Positions 40,474 through 50,231 of a stretch of 64,000 nt of DNA are shown in pieces (the first letter of the stretch is position 1; the number at the start of each line of letters is the position of its first letter). The translations under genes were made by a program, and so were the position numbers. Source of the DNA: Candidatus Komeilibacteria bacterium (GTDB lineage: Bacteria; Patescibacteriota; Patescibacteriia; UBA1558; 2-01-FULL-52-15); assembly GCA_043801745.1 (NCBI GenBank), contig JAZDLR010000016.1, forward strand, positions 70,331-134,330, written 5' to 3'. A model generated the notes under the pieces. That model did no database searches, had not been told where the DNA came from, and saw only the letters and a list, made by a program, of their open reading frames with translations.

Positions 40474-42321
40474 ATGTGTGGCATAGTCGGTTACATTGGT
40501 AAAGAACCAACGGACCTCTTCAGGCTATTGAAGACTGGCTTAATTAATTTAGAATACCGCGGTTATGATAGTGCCGGTTTGGCCTGTTTAATTGGCGATA
40601 ATTTTATCGTTACTAAATGCATCGGTGGTCCGGGTAATTTAAGTATTGAGCGTAGTGACCTAAGTACTGTTGGTATCGGTCATACGCGGTGGGCAACACA
40701 TGGTGGCATTAGCGAGGCCAATGCTCATCCGCATTTGGACTGCTGCCAAAAAGTAGCCGTGGTCCATAATGGGACGATTGAAAATTATGGCGAACTTAAA
40801 ACGGCACTGATAACGCAAGGTCACATCTTCACCTCGGAAACCGATAGCGAAGTATTAGCGCATTTGATTGAGCAGGAATTAAAAAGCAATCAGGGTTTGC
40901 GTCCGGCCGTTGAAAGCGCCCTGGCACAAGTTGTCGGAGCCTATGGTCTGGCTGTGGTGTCAACTGAGGAGCCGAATTTGATTATTGCGGCCCGCCGCGG
41001 CAGTCCGCTACTTATTGGTTTAGGTAAAAGCTCTCTCATGGTAGCCAGCGATCAGAATGCACTGACAGAGTATTGTGACCGCGTGGTTTTTCTGGATGAC
41101 AATGAATTGGTAGAATTGCGGGCTGACGGTTATTATGTTTATGGTTTGGGACAGTCGCATCTGGTCGATAAGCGGGCGTATCAGCTTGAACGCCAAGATG
41201 GGGATAATGGTAAGGGCGATTATGACCATTTCATGATCGAAGAAATTATGGAACAGGCGCATACGCTGCGGGCTGCTTTTAGCGGGCGCTTGGATTTGGC
41301 CGAGGGGATACCTGTTTTGGGTGGTGTGCGCGATATTTTGCCACTATTGCAGGACGTGAAACAAGTAATATTAACTGGCTGCGGTACGGCTTATCACGCG
41401 GCTCTCTATGGTAAGTATTTATTGGAACAAATTTTAGATATTCCGGTGCGCGCGGAAATTGCCTCGGAATTATTAGTAGAAAAAGTTAACGAGGATCCCA
41501 AATCAACGCTGGTGGTTTTTGTCAGTCAATCCGGAGAAACAGCCGATACCAAGGAAGCTTTAATTGAGCTTAAGCGGCGCGGCTTCCTCTGTTTGGGATT
41601 GGTAAATGTGGCCGGCAGCAGTATAGCCCGCGCAGCCGGCGTTGGCATCTATATCCGCGCCGGCGTGGAACGAGCCGTGGCTTCTACCAAGGCTTTTACT
41701 TCACAGATTGCCGCTCTGTTGCTTCTGGGTATTACTATGGCCCGACAAAGATCTATGAGTAAAATTGAAGGCCAGAAACTAATGCGGGAGCTGGAAAAAA
41801 TTCCCAATGATATTGAGAAGCTATTAAAACAACTGCAGCCAATAATTAGTAATTTAGCTCGAGAGCTGCAATCAGCTAAAGCTTTGTATTTTCTCGGCAA
41901 GAAATATAGTTATCCGGTGGCGCTGGAAGGTTCTCTTAAAGTGAAAGAAATTACTTACCTGCCAACCGAAGCTTATCCTTCGGGCGAGATTAAGCACGGA
42001 CCCCTAGCCTTAGTAGATAAAAATTTTGTAGCCTTTGTTATTGCACCGGAAGGCAATTTATTAGATAAGGCCAGTAATACCGTTCATGAAATTAAGGCCC
42101 GCGGCGGTAAAGTTATATTAATTACCAATGAAACAGCGGCCAAAGAAACCATCGGTCAGGTGGCTGATCAAGTTATTACCGTGCCTTTTAAAAATTTTAA
42201 TTTTCTTTATCCTTTGTATACGGTTATTCCCCTACAACTTTTGAGTTATGAGTTAGCAAAATTGTTAGGACGCGAGATTGATAAACCGAGAAATTTAGCT
42301 AAATCAGTGACGGTTCAATAA
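40474..42321 (+). CDS. glmS: glutamine--fructose-6-phosphate aminotransferase
   Basis: MCGIVG, GHTRWATHG, SQSGETAD, PRNLAKSVT. Confidence 0.98.
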   Translation: MCGIVGYIGKEPTDLFRLLKTGLINLEYRGYDSAGLACLIGDNFIVTKCIGGPGNLSIERSDLSTVGIGHTRWATHGGISEANAHPHLDCCQKVAVVHNGTIENYGELKTALITQGHIFTSETDSEVLAHLIEQELKSNQGLRPAVESALAQVVGAYGLAVVSTEEPNLIIAARRGSPLLIGLGKSSLMVASDQNALTEYCDRVVFLDDNELVELRADGYYVYGLGQSHLVDKRAYQLERQDGDNGKGDYDHFMIEEIMEQAHTLRAAFSGRLDLAEGIPVLGGVRDILPLLQDVKQVILTGCGTAYHAALYGKYLLEQILDIPVRAEIASELLVEKVNEDPKSTLVVFVSQSGETADTKEALIELKRRGFLCLGLVNVAGSSIARAAGVGIYIRAGVERAVASTKAFTSQIAALLLLGITMARQRSMSKIEGQKLMRELEKIPNDIEKLLKQLQPIISNLARELQSAKALYFLGKKYSYPVALEGSLKVKEITYLPTEAYPSGEIKHGPLALVDKNFVAFVIAPEGNLLDKASNTVHEIKARGGKVILITNETAAKETIGQVADQVITVPFKNFNFLYPLYTVIPLQLLSYELAKLLGREIDKPRNLAKSVTVQ

Positions 42322-42381
42322 GTTCAGATAAAAAAATAGAGCCCCGGCAGGAAAAGCCCGGGGCTCGGAGGATCCAAGGGG

Positions 42382-42690
42382 TCATTCTGGATCGTTGTTC
42401 GAATGATGCTCACTGCTGCAGCAGAGATGGCGGAGCTTGAGGGCTTGCTCGCCCTCGAAGCTGGTGACGGCATAGTCGGGGGTTGCCAGGAAGGTCACGT
42501 ATGACCTTCGACCGAAATATCCCTCAGCAACCTGCCGGTCGTCCATCATCCACCAGACTTCGGCATCACCGAAGCTGCTGTCTGAAAGAGTGCCACGGTG
42601 AGCACCTGCTAGCAGGGCGGCTGCTTCCGCCAAGGTCAGGGTGCGGCTGGTCCACTCAACTACATTGTTTCCTCCGGCGGTGTGCGCCAT
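42382..42690 (-). CDS. hypothetical protein
   Basis: GGGAG SD; upstream TTGACA. Confidence 0.55.
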   Translation of the reverse strand: MAHTAGGNNVVEWTSRTLTLAEAAALLAGAHRGTLSDSSFGDAEVWWMMDDRQVAEGYFGRRSYVTFLATPDYAVTSFEGEQALKLRHLCCSSEHHSNNDPE

Positions 42691-42900
42691 GATTCATTTC
42701 TCCCGCGTTGTGCAGGAGAACGAACCAAGACGATCTTGGCCTATAACTCCTGCAGATAGAAGGTGTTTAATATGTATCATATTTTGAATTATTTGTCAAG
42801 GGGTAGAAACAATAGACTTTTTGACAAACTAATCTTTTTGTATTATTATCACTTGATTTCTGTTCGTTGTAGTTGTTCCCACTGACCAAGGAGGTTTTCT

Positions 42901-43458
42901 GTGGCGGATGATTATACGGTCGTGTTTGAATACACCGATGCGGTTCCGGGGTTTACTGGTTGCCGTACCTCGACCAGCTTTGATGGCCCGGAGGATTTCC
43001 AGAAGTGGTATACTCCCGAAATTCAGAAGCGTGAGAAAGTGATCGAGGCTGGCGTGATGACGGAAGAGCATCGCTTGGCGCTAGTTCAGGCCACACCGTT
43101 CTCGGCCCACGTCAAAGCTTGCCTGCAGGAAGCGACGCTTAGTGGCGGTAAGGTCTCTGAGCCGATTTTCAGGATGCAGCTGGAGCAAACCCTGATGGCG
43201 TCGCCGTCGCCTTTCGGGAGCTTGGGCGAAATCAGGCGATGGTTGCTGTCCCAGATTTTGCGTCCCAGCGGACCGTTGCGCAAACCTGGGTTCAGGGGGT
43301 GGGTAGAGAGTCTGAAGGGCGGCAGTCAGAAGCCGCCATCGGTTTTGGTACGTGAAGCCATCGATCTGGCGACCGAAGACGATGGAACGATCAATCAGAT
43401 CATTCTGAGAGGTCTTGTTGCCATGGTTCTTGATACTCCTGATCCCTTCGCCTCGTAG
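42901..43458 (+). CDS. hypothetical protein
   Basis: AAGGAGG SD; TTGACA upstream; terminator hairpin at about 43478-43511. Confidence 0.7.
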   Translation: MADDYTVVFEYTDAVPGFTGCRTSTSFDGPEDFQKWYTPEIQKREKVIEAGVMTEEHRLALVQATPFSAHVKACLQEATLSGGKVSEPIFRMQLEQTLMASPSPFGSLGEIRRWLLSQILRPSGPLRKPGFRGWVESLKGGSQKPPSVLVREAIDLATEDDGTINQIILRGLVAMVLDTPDPFAS

Positions 43459-43533
43459 TTCGCGGTTAGAGCGACCCAAGTCCCCGACCAGTGCATCTGG
43501 TCGGGGACTTTATAAATATGCTAGGATAGTCCT

Positions 43534-44784
43534 ATGGAAATCATCGCCGACCTCCACGTTCACACGAAATACGCCCGAGCGACCTCTAAGAATTTAGATT
43601 TATTTGACTTGGCTAAATGGTCCAATATCAAAGGCGTCAATGTGGTTGCTTGTGGTGATTTTACTCACCCTAAACAATTTACAGATATTCAGGATAATCT
43701 GGTTGCCGACGGTACCGGACTTTTTGATTTGAGGGACGATAAATCGGGAGTTAAGTTTTTCTTATCAACCGAAGTGTCGTGTATTTATAGACACAAGGAT
43801 GCTACGCGGCGGTTACATTTATGTTTGTTCGCGCCTTCTATTGAAGCAGTAGCCAATTTTAATCAGGCGTTAATTGATAGGGGCTGTAAGTTAGCCAGCG
43901 ATGGTCGGCCGATCTTAGGTATGAGTTCGAAAGATGTGCTGCAAATAGCCTTGGATACTGATCCGAGAATGGTCATGGTGCCGGCGCACATCTGGACCCC
44001 ATGGTTTGCCTTGTTCGGTTCGAAGTCGGGTTACGATTCAGTGGGAGATTGCTTCGAAGATCTGACGCCGCATATTTTTGCTTTAGAAACCGGCCTGTCT
44101 TCTGATCCGGCCATGAACTGGGCTTGGTCGGCTCTGGATAAGTACACATTGATCTCTAATTCGGATGCTCATTCCGGGCCGAATATCGGACGCGAGGCCA
44201 ATGTTTTTGAATTAGATCAGTTAAGTTATGATAATATTATCAGCGCCATAAAAAACAAAAACCCCAAAGAATTTTTATACACCATAGAATTTTTTCCTGA
44301 AGAAGGCATGTATCATTATGACGGTCACCGTCTGTGTAATATTTCTCTTAGCCCCGAAGAGACGCGGAAATTAAAAAATATTTGTCCGGTATGTAAAAAG
44401 CCACTTACAGTCGGAGTCTTGCACCGTGTGGATAACTTAAAAGATCGTCAATTTGGACAGTTGTCAGCCGGCACAATCCCTTTTAAAAAAATAATCCCTC
44501 TATCACAAATTATTGCTAATTATTTCGGGCAAGGTAGGGGTAGTGGCAAAGTTGAGGCCATGTTTAATCTGATTATAAAGAAATTTGGTAACGAATTTGC
44601 TGTGCTATTGGATACTCCGCTAGAGGAATTAACAGCTCTAATACCCGAGGCTTTGGCCCGTGGAATTATCCGCGTGCGCGAGCAAAAAGTTGTTTTACAT
44701 CCGGGTTATGATGGCGTTTATGGCACGATAGAATTATTTTCCGCCGCGGAACAACGAGCTTCAAAACAGTCAAAATTGTTCTAA
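43534..44784 (+). CDS. endonuclease Q family / PHP-domain protein
   Basis: ADLHVH, GDFTHP, PAHIWTPW, SNSDAHS, CPVC zinc site, PGYDG.YG. Confidence 0.9.
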   Translation: MEIIADLHVHTKYARATSKNLDLFDLAKWSNIKGVNVVACGDFTHPKQFTDIQDNLVADGTGLFDLRDDKSGVKFFLSTEVSCIYRHKDATRRLHLCLFAPSIEAVANFNQALIDRGCKLASDGRPILGMSSKDVLQIALDTDPRMVMVPAHIWTPWFALFGSKSGYDSVGDCFEDLTPHIFALETGLSSDPAMNWAWSALDKYTLISNSDAHSGPNIGREANVFELDQLSYDNIISAIKNKNPKEFLYTIEFFPEEGMYHYDGHRLCNISLSPEETRKLKNICPVCKKPLTVGVLHRVDNLKDRQFGQLSAGTIPFKKIIPLSQIIANYFGQGRGSGKVEAMFNLIIKKFGNEFAVLLDTPLEELTALIPEALARGIIRVREQKVVLHPGYDGVYGTIELFSAAEQRASKQSKLF

Positions 44785-44966
44785 GATTAGCCTTTTTTCT
44801 AAAAACAAATCATCCCTTGTGCTTAGCTCACTTCACAACCGAAGTGGGGCAAGTTACCGGGATGATTTTTCTGTTTGAGGGGACACCTACAGCTGTAGAT
44901 TTCTAACTCAAACTATTGCCGCGACTGACAAGAAAAAAACTTGTCTCGCAAAACGTTAACAGGTTA

Positions 44967-45041
44967 TTACCTGCGGCGTTTAGCGGTCTTTCTCTTAGCG
45001 GTCTTTTTGGTCTTTTTAGCTGCCTTTCTCTTTTTGGCCAT
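44967..45041 (-). CDS. 24-aa Lys/Arg-rich peptide MAKKRKAAKKTKKTAKRKTAKRRR
   Basis: AAAGGAGGTGA SD; double TAA stop; below ORF-track cutoff. Confidence 0.7.
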   Translation of the reverse strand: MAKKRKAAKKTKKTAKRKTAKRRR

Positions 45042-45218
45042 ATCGTCACCTCCTTTTGTTGTCAGATTATTTTTTGTTTGTGTTGGAGAAAATAATTTCT
45101 TACAAAATTATTTTCATCAACTACCTATATTATACAACGAATTTTTTTTTCTAACAATGTTTTTTAGTAACAAAAAACGCTGAGCTCCCGTTCACCTCCA
45201 GCGTTAGCTCAGCGTCAA

Positions 45219-46256
45219 TTATTGGTCGTTAACCTTTTTCTTGTCAGGCGCATTACTATTGACTGATGGATCCTCCGGATTGTTTTTTTCTGCTACGAAA
45301 CGCCTTCGGTCTTTAGCCGATACTATAGCCTGATCGCTTAAACGTTGTGCTTCTTGAAGCCGCAGATACCCGGTGGTAAATTTATCAGACTTTCCGGCTT
45401 CTTGGCCCTCCCGATAGCTTTGCTCGCTTTGCTTTAATAACGTTGAAATGTTCTTTTGATTATCCAGACTCAGCTTGTTGGCGGATTTATTTAGTATGTC
45501 CTTGGCTTTCTGCAGACCCTTCTTCACTTGCCCAAGTTTTTGTTCGAATTGTCGCTCTTTAATTGTTTCGGCAGTAGAGCTGGCCAGATGATTTTCCATC
45601 TGTTGGCGCAAAACGGCACTAGAGGTGGCTTGCTCGTTGAGAGTATTGGTCAAAATCGAAGGCTGGCTGCCTTTCTTTTGTAGATCGTGAAATAGTTGTT
45701 TGCGCGAATCCAGATCAGCCTGTGCCCGCGAACTAACGTCGTCGGCAGTAAGGAGTTTACCGGATTTTTCTAAATCCTTAAGTTGCTGATTAAGTTTTGC
45801 CGTATTAGTAGTCACTTGATTGCTAAGATTGTTTTCGATTTCAGGACTTAGTTTTTGTTGGGAAGCTAGGGTGACTGCCTCGTCCAGACGGCGCGTAATT
45901 TGTTCGGCGGTCCAACGGGTTTTGGCTTCAGGAGTTATGGCCAAACCGGATCTAATTTCCTCATTGACGGAAATTTTAATAGGATAAAGTATGTCTCCCG
46001 GAAGACTATTTTCGGCCGCGTAAGAGACGCTGGCGCTAACGGCAACTAACAGAATTAAGATTCCCGAAGAAAAATAAGCCCAACGTAAGCGCGGCCAAGA
46101 CCAAGTTGTAATTCTAGGAGATCCAATAATTGCTTGGCCGGTTAGGGGGTGTTGTTGAATATAGGAAAGCAGTTGTTCTTTGCCAAATTGTTTCTCTTGG
46201 GCCGTTAACTGCTGCTGAGCTAAGGCCGAAAAAATGGAGTTGTAGATTTTATTCAT
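45219..46256 (-). CDS. putative anti-sigma factor (DUF5667-like)
   Basis: TM followed by AAENSLPGDILYPIK; overlaps the sigma gene. Confidence 0.8.
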   Translation of the reverse strand: MNKIYNSIFSALAQQQLTAQEKQFGKEQLLSYIQQHPLTGQAIIGSPRITTWSWPRLRWAYFSSGILILLVAVSASVSYAAENSLPGDILYPIKISVNEEIRSGLAITPEAKTRWTAEQITRRLDEAVTLASQQKLSPEIENNLSNQVTTNTAKLNQQLKDLEKSGKLLTADDVSSRAQADLDSRKQLFHDLQKKGSQPSILTNTLNEQATSSAVLRQQMENHLASSTAETIKERQFEQKLGQVKKGLQKAKDILNKSANKLSLDNQKNISTLLKQSEQSYREGQEAGKSDKFTTGYLRLQEAQRLSDQAIVSAKDRRRFVAEKNNPEDPSVNSNAPDKKKVNDQ

Positions 46257-46743
46257 ATAATAATTGCCTTAGTTGTTTCAGGGCGCGGTTTAGACGGACA
46301 GAAATGACGTTTTCGGATTCTCCGGTCAGTTGCGCTATATCCTTGGGTCGTAAATCTTCCACATAACGCCAGATAATCACCTGCCTATGACCGGCCTCGA
46401 GTTTATCGAGAATGACGAGTATTGCCTTGGCATCTATAGAGCTGGTTAATTTCTCATAGTGATTGCTCATCGGCTGAAAACCTTGATCCATTAGTTGATC
46501 TAGTGAACTTTCCTGATGTTTGCGGCTGCGGTCAATGATGAGGTTGGTGGCCACACGGTAGAGCCAGGCCCGTAAGTTATCAATTGATTTACCGCCAGCC
46601 AGATAGTCCCAGGTTCGGGTAAAGGTTTCCTGCATTAAATCAAAAGCTTCGCCCCGGTCGCCAACACGAAAATAACAATGCCGGAAAATGGCATCTGAGT
46701 AGGCTTCGTAACCAGCAATGAACTGCTTCTCGAGGTCACTCAT
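46249..46743 (-). CDS. ECF RNA polymerase sigma factor
   Basis: DLMQETF, RAWLYRVATNLIID; region 4 HTH. Confidence 0.93.
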   Translation of the reverse strand: MSDLEKQFIAGYEAYSDAIFRHCYFRVGDRGEAFDLMQETFTRTWDYLAGGKSIDNLRAWLYRVATNLIIDRSRKHQESSLDQLMDQGFQPMSNHYEKLTSSIDAKAILVILDKLEAGHRQVIIWRYVEDLRPKDIAQLTGESENVISVRLNRALKQLRQLLYE

Positions 46744-46853
46744 TGTAATATAGGACGAATTAATCTCTTAGAACTTACAGCTGCTAATGTACCTATTTTA
46801 GGGTTGTTTTGGCAAGTAAATAAAAAAAGGCCCGAGTGAGCCAAATGATACTT

Positions 46854-46931
46854 TGGTGGACCCTGCCGGGCTCTCCGCCATCAGGCGGACCCGCCAACAT
46901 TAGATGCAATTATTCGTGGCGGGGAACCGGG
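46854..46931 (-). pseudogene. tRNA-Ala 3' fragment with hairpin inserts in the T loop
   Basis: cccggttc|50 nt|gagcccggcagggtccacca. Confidence 0.75.
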
Positions 46932-46950
46932 AAGGCCATATTTTTTTAAA

Positions 46951-47026
46951 TGGTGGACCGTGCCAGATTCGAACTGGCGACCCCTACATTGCAAATGTAG
47001 TGCTCTACCAACTGAGCTAACGGCCC
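46951..47026 (-). tRNA. tRNA-Ala(TGC)
   Basis: G3-U70 pair; loop TTTGCAA; CCA. Confidence 0.97.
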
Positions 47027-47031
47027 CCAGC

Positions 47032-47301
47032 CTAGTTTGTCGTTCCTAGGGAAAAGGCAGGAATAAATGTCCGGATCAATGAGGCGCCAATAGGTTCCAG
47101 AAGACCGGTGAGATAAAGGGCACCAATGACAATGATAAGAATGCCAATTAACTTGTACATCAAGCGGCTGCCGCCCTCAGTGCTTAGGTATTTTTCCGCG
47201 CTCTCAATACCACCGACATTTCTGAGAAACCAATCAGATTTCCAAACCATGATATAACCGGCAACTAACATAATGGCGCTAATGAGAATTCTAGTAAGCA
47301 T
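47032..47301 (-). CDS. small membrane protein
   Basis: Two TM segments; AEKYL...GGSRLMYKLIG. Confidence 0.75.
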   Translation of the reverse strand: MLTRILISAIMLVAGYIMVWKSDWFLRNVGGIESAEKYLSTEGGSRLMYKLIGILIIVIGALYLTGLLEPIGASLIRTFIPAFSLGTTN

Positions 47302-47313
47302 ATTTGTATTGAT

Positions 47314-47559
47314 TTAGTTTATCAACCTTTTGTTTCTAAAAGCAATCCCAGAGGACGTTTTTAAATATTTTTCGAACTCTAAGGCCTTCTTCTTGTCTTC
47401 GAAAGCGCAATAGTAAACCATCTTCCACGGCTTGAATTTATTGGTATGTACAGACCTTCCTTCATTGTGGTCCTTAAGTCTCGTATCAATATTTTCTGAA
47501 AAGCCAGCGTATATTCGTTTGGGGAAGTTGATACTTCGTATTATATAGACGTAATACAT
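47314..47559 (-). CDS. GIY-YIG nuclease family protein
   Basis: YYVYII...IYAG, RLKDHN, ALEFEKYLK. Confidence 0.9.
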   Translation of the reverse strand: MYYVYIIRSINFPKRIYAGFSENIDTRLKDHNEGRSVHTNKFKPWKMVYYCAFEDKKKALEFEKYLKTSSGIAFRNKRLIN

Positions 47560-47680
47560 TAGGAATATTTTGGGCTGTGCCATTCGTAGCGCAGCCGCAG
47601 AAGTTTTATATAGTTATTTAAGTATAATGTCCATGCTTCGCCCACTGGGCTTCGCAGGACATTCTTCGCTGCGCGAAGAA

Positions 47681-47757
47681 TGGTGGGCAGTATATGATTC
47701 GAACATATGACCTCCTCGGTGTAAACGAGGCGCTCTAACCAGCTGAGCTAACTGCCC
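47681..47757 (-). tRNA. tRNA-Val(TAC)
   Basis: Loop TTTACAC; CCA. Confidence 0.96.
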
Positions 47758-47762
47758 AAGTG

Positions 47763-47849
47763 TGGTGCCGGGGAGGAGACTCGAACTCCTAAGGCCTTTC
47801 GGCCACAGCCACCTCAAGGCTGCGTGTCTACCAATTTCACCACCTCGGC
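47763..47849 (-). tRNA. tRNA-Leu(GAG)
   Basis: Loop TTGAGGT; long variable arm; CCA. Confidence 0.96.
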
Positions 47850-47965
47850 TCGTCGTGGCCAATGCGTTTTGTTGGAAGTACGATATACCAACCCTGTACC
47901 ACCCGGGGTACAGAGCCCTGAACTCCACGTAGTTCAGGGTTTCATCGCCTCGGCAAAAGAGCCGC

Positions 47966-48286
47966 TTAGGCGGCTCGTTCTTTGAGACGTTTCTTGAAGG
48001 TCCGTAAGTAGCCTAGATTGGCACGGCGAACCTTGGCAATCTTTACCACTTCAATTTTATCTATCACCGGTGCCTTAAGCGGAAAGATTTTTTCAACACC
48101 GATGCCTTCAGAGATCTTGCGTACCGTAATAGTTCCGCCGGCCTCTGCTCCGTGGCGTTTCTTTAGGATGATACCTTCAAAAATCTGAATGCGTTCTTTT
48201 TCCTCACCTTTGGCGTTCTTTTCTTTGATTTTTTGGTGAACCCGCACGGTCATTCCCGGTCGTAGTTCTGGTAGTTGATTGGGCAT
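47966..48286 (-). CDS. rplS: 50S ribosomal protein bL19
   Basis: [33 protein letters not shown]. Confidence 0.97.
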   Translation of the reverse strand: MPNQLPELRPGMTVRVHQKIKEKNAKGEEKERIQIFEGIILKKRHGAEAGGTITVRKISEGIGVEKIFPLKAPVIDKIEVVKIAKVRRANLGYLRTFKKRLKERAA

Positions 48287-48330
48287 ATATTATTATCTGG
48301 CTAAAAAATAAGGCTAAAGAAGGTAATATC

Positions 48331-48945
48331 TTAAGCTAGGGGATAATACCGTCTTTTGGCCTTTTTGTCAATTATAGCTGCGGTTTTTTGCGTTTTTAGG
48401 TAGTTTTTTATAAGGTTTTGGATTTGACTGACTGTTTGGTTGACTTTGCCTTCATGGTTGATCACTTGATAATCATAAATATGCGCCCCTTTCATGGCCG
48501 CTACAGCCTCGCCATAACGGCGTCGGAATTGACTTGGTGTCAGCCCTCTAGCCAGTAACCTCTGCCTAATCTGCTTCATTGATTCCGGACGAATAAAAAT
48601 CAGACAGGCACGAGTAAAGCGTCTTTTAATAAATCTAGTACCTCGCACGTCAAGATTGAGTAGCAGGGGTTTGCCCTTGGTAGCAGTTAAACTTTTACTG
48701 GCCGTTCCGTAACAGTCGCCATTATACCGAGTCCATTCAAGTATTGTGCCGCCTTTTACTTTAGCTGCAAAGTCTTTTTCCGAAATGGAGACTAATTTTT
48801 TATCTTCTTTTTGGCCCGGCCGTAGCGCGCGCGTTGTATAGGTCGTTGCAGTTTGCAAAATCAGCATTCGCTGCAATAGTCGGTTAATGACTGACGTCTT
48901 GCCCACTGCTGTCGGCCCATTAATGACAATAATAGGGGGAATCAT
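48331..48945 (-). CDS. gmk: guanylate kinase
   Basis: GPTAVGKT, TTR..RPG, LEW...NG..YGT. Confidence 0.88.
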   Translation of the reverse strand: MIPPIIVINGPTAVGKTSVINRLLQRMLILQTATTYTTRALRPGQKEDKKLVSISEKDFAAKVKGGTILEWTRYNGDCYGTASKSLTATKGKPLLLNLDVRGTRFIKRRFTRACLIFIRPESMKQIRQRLLARGLTPSQFRRRYGEAVAAMKGAHIYDYQVINHEGKVNQTVSQIQNLIKNYLKTQKTAAIIDKKAKRRYYPLA

Positions 48946-49853
48946 TTAAGTGTTGCCAGAAGATTATTAAGTTCTGATGGCAACTCGCTGTGACAATCAA
49001 TCATTTCGCCAGTAATTGATTGGAAAGAAAGTGATGAGGCGTGCAGAAAGGGGCGGGGCAAGGATGGCAATTTTTTATTTTTTAAATCTCTGGTGCCATA
49101 TAGCGAGTCGCCGACCAAACTGTGACCGATTGAGTGTAGATGAGCGCGAATCTGATGAGTCCGCCCGGTTACCAACTTTATATCCAGTAAGGTAAAATTG
49201 TGAAACCGTTTAATAACTTCATAATGAGTGATAGCTTCGTGCGCCTGGTCTTGTTTAAGCAGCACAGATTGGGCCTTGGTTTTTCCGGTTTTTTTATCCC
49301 GCTCCAGCGGAGTGCTGATTGTACCTTCATCATTAGAAATTACACCGTAGACTAGACCGGTGTAGTGCTTATCAATGGTGCGGTCACGGAATTGTTCTTT
49401 GAGATGAAAATAACTAGGTTCATCTAAAGCAATAGCGATTAGACCAGAAACATCGCGGTCTAGACGGTGTACTAGTCCTGGCCGCAAGGGGTCACCGAAT
49501 TCTGTTACGCGCGGGAAGTGCTCCACCAGCCAGCTAATGACCGTGTGTTCCTCGCCCCGCTCAGTAGGATGTACCAGTAAACCGGCCGGCTTATCCAGAA
49601 CCAGATAATGGTCATCTTGGTAGACAATGGTCGGCACCAATGAACGGTCAACTCGGGATTCTTTGACAGCAACGGTATATTCTATTACGTCACCGGGTTT
49701 AAGCCAGTGATGTACGGTTGTTTTTTTGTCATTAACCAAAACCCCGCCCTGTTTAATGGCTTTTTGAATTTGTGACCGCGTGCTGGTATCCAGGTTTTCC
49801 GCTAAGTAGGTATCTAGCCTTTTTTTGCCCTGCTGCGAATAGATGAATTTCAT
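48942..49853 (-). CDS. rluD: RluA/RluD family pseudouridine synthase
   Basis: S4 domain, KPAGLLVHP, HRLDRDVSG, TGRTHQIR. Confidence 0.93.
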   Translation of the reverse strand: MKFIYSQQGKKRLDTYLAENLDTSTRSQIQKAIKQGGVLVNDKKTTVHHWLKPGDVIEYTVAVKESRVDRSLVPTIVYQDDHYLVLDKPAGLLVHPTERGEEHTVISWLVEHFPRVTEFGDPLRPGLVHRLDRDVSGLIAIALDEPSYFHLKEQFRDRTIDKHYTGLVYGVISNDEGTISTPLERDKKTGKTKAQSVLLKQDQAHEAITHYEVIKRFHNFTLLDIKLVTGRTHQIRAHLHSIGHSLVGDSLYGTRDLKNKKLPSLPRPFLHASSLSFQSITGEMIDCHSELPSELNNLLATLK

Positions 49854-49922
49854 AGATGAGGCTATTATAGCACAGCTTAATCGTAATGTGACTTTAGAAC
49901 GGGTCAGTAGAAAAGCTCATTA

Positions 49923-50189
49923 TTAACGTTGATACTTTTCCCAAATTTCCAGCCTGTATTTATTGTGAGTATATTTCTGACCAATGACCGATAGCGCCAG
50001 CAGCAAGCTGCCCCAGACGAGCAGCAACAGTCCGAGCCAGAAATTGAAGCCGATAGTCGATAAAAGGCCCAGCAAAAAAAATAACACACCCCAGAATGAT
50101 TTATGAATGTGATAGCCGCCAACGACTAGCCAATATTTTTCCGGGGTATTTAGTAGAAATTCTTTAATTCGGCTGGAAATAATTTTCGT
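49923..50189 (-). pseudogene. start-less membrane protein remnant (...VGGYHIHKSFWG...)
   Basis: 88 open codons with two TM segments, preceded by an in-frame TAA and no early ATG/GTG/TTG. Confidence 0.45.
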
Positions 50190-50231
50190 TTATTTAGCAA
50201 AGGCCGCGTCTACCGTAGTTAAAATATATTA

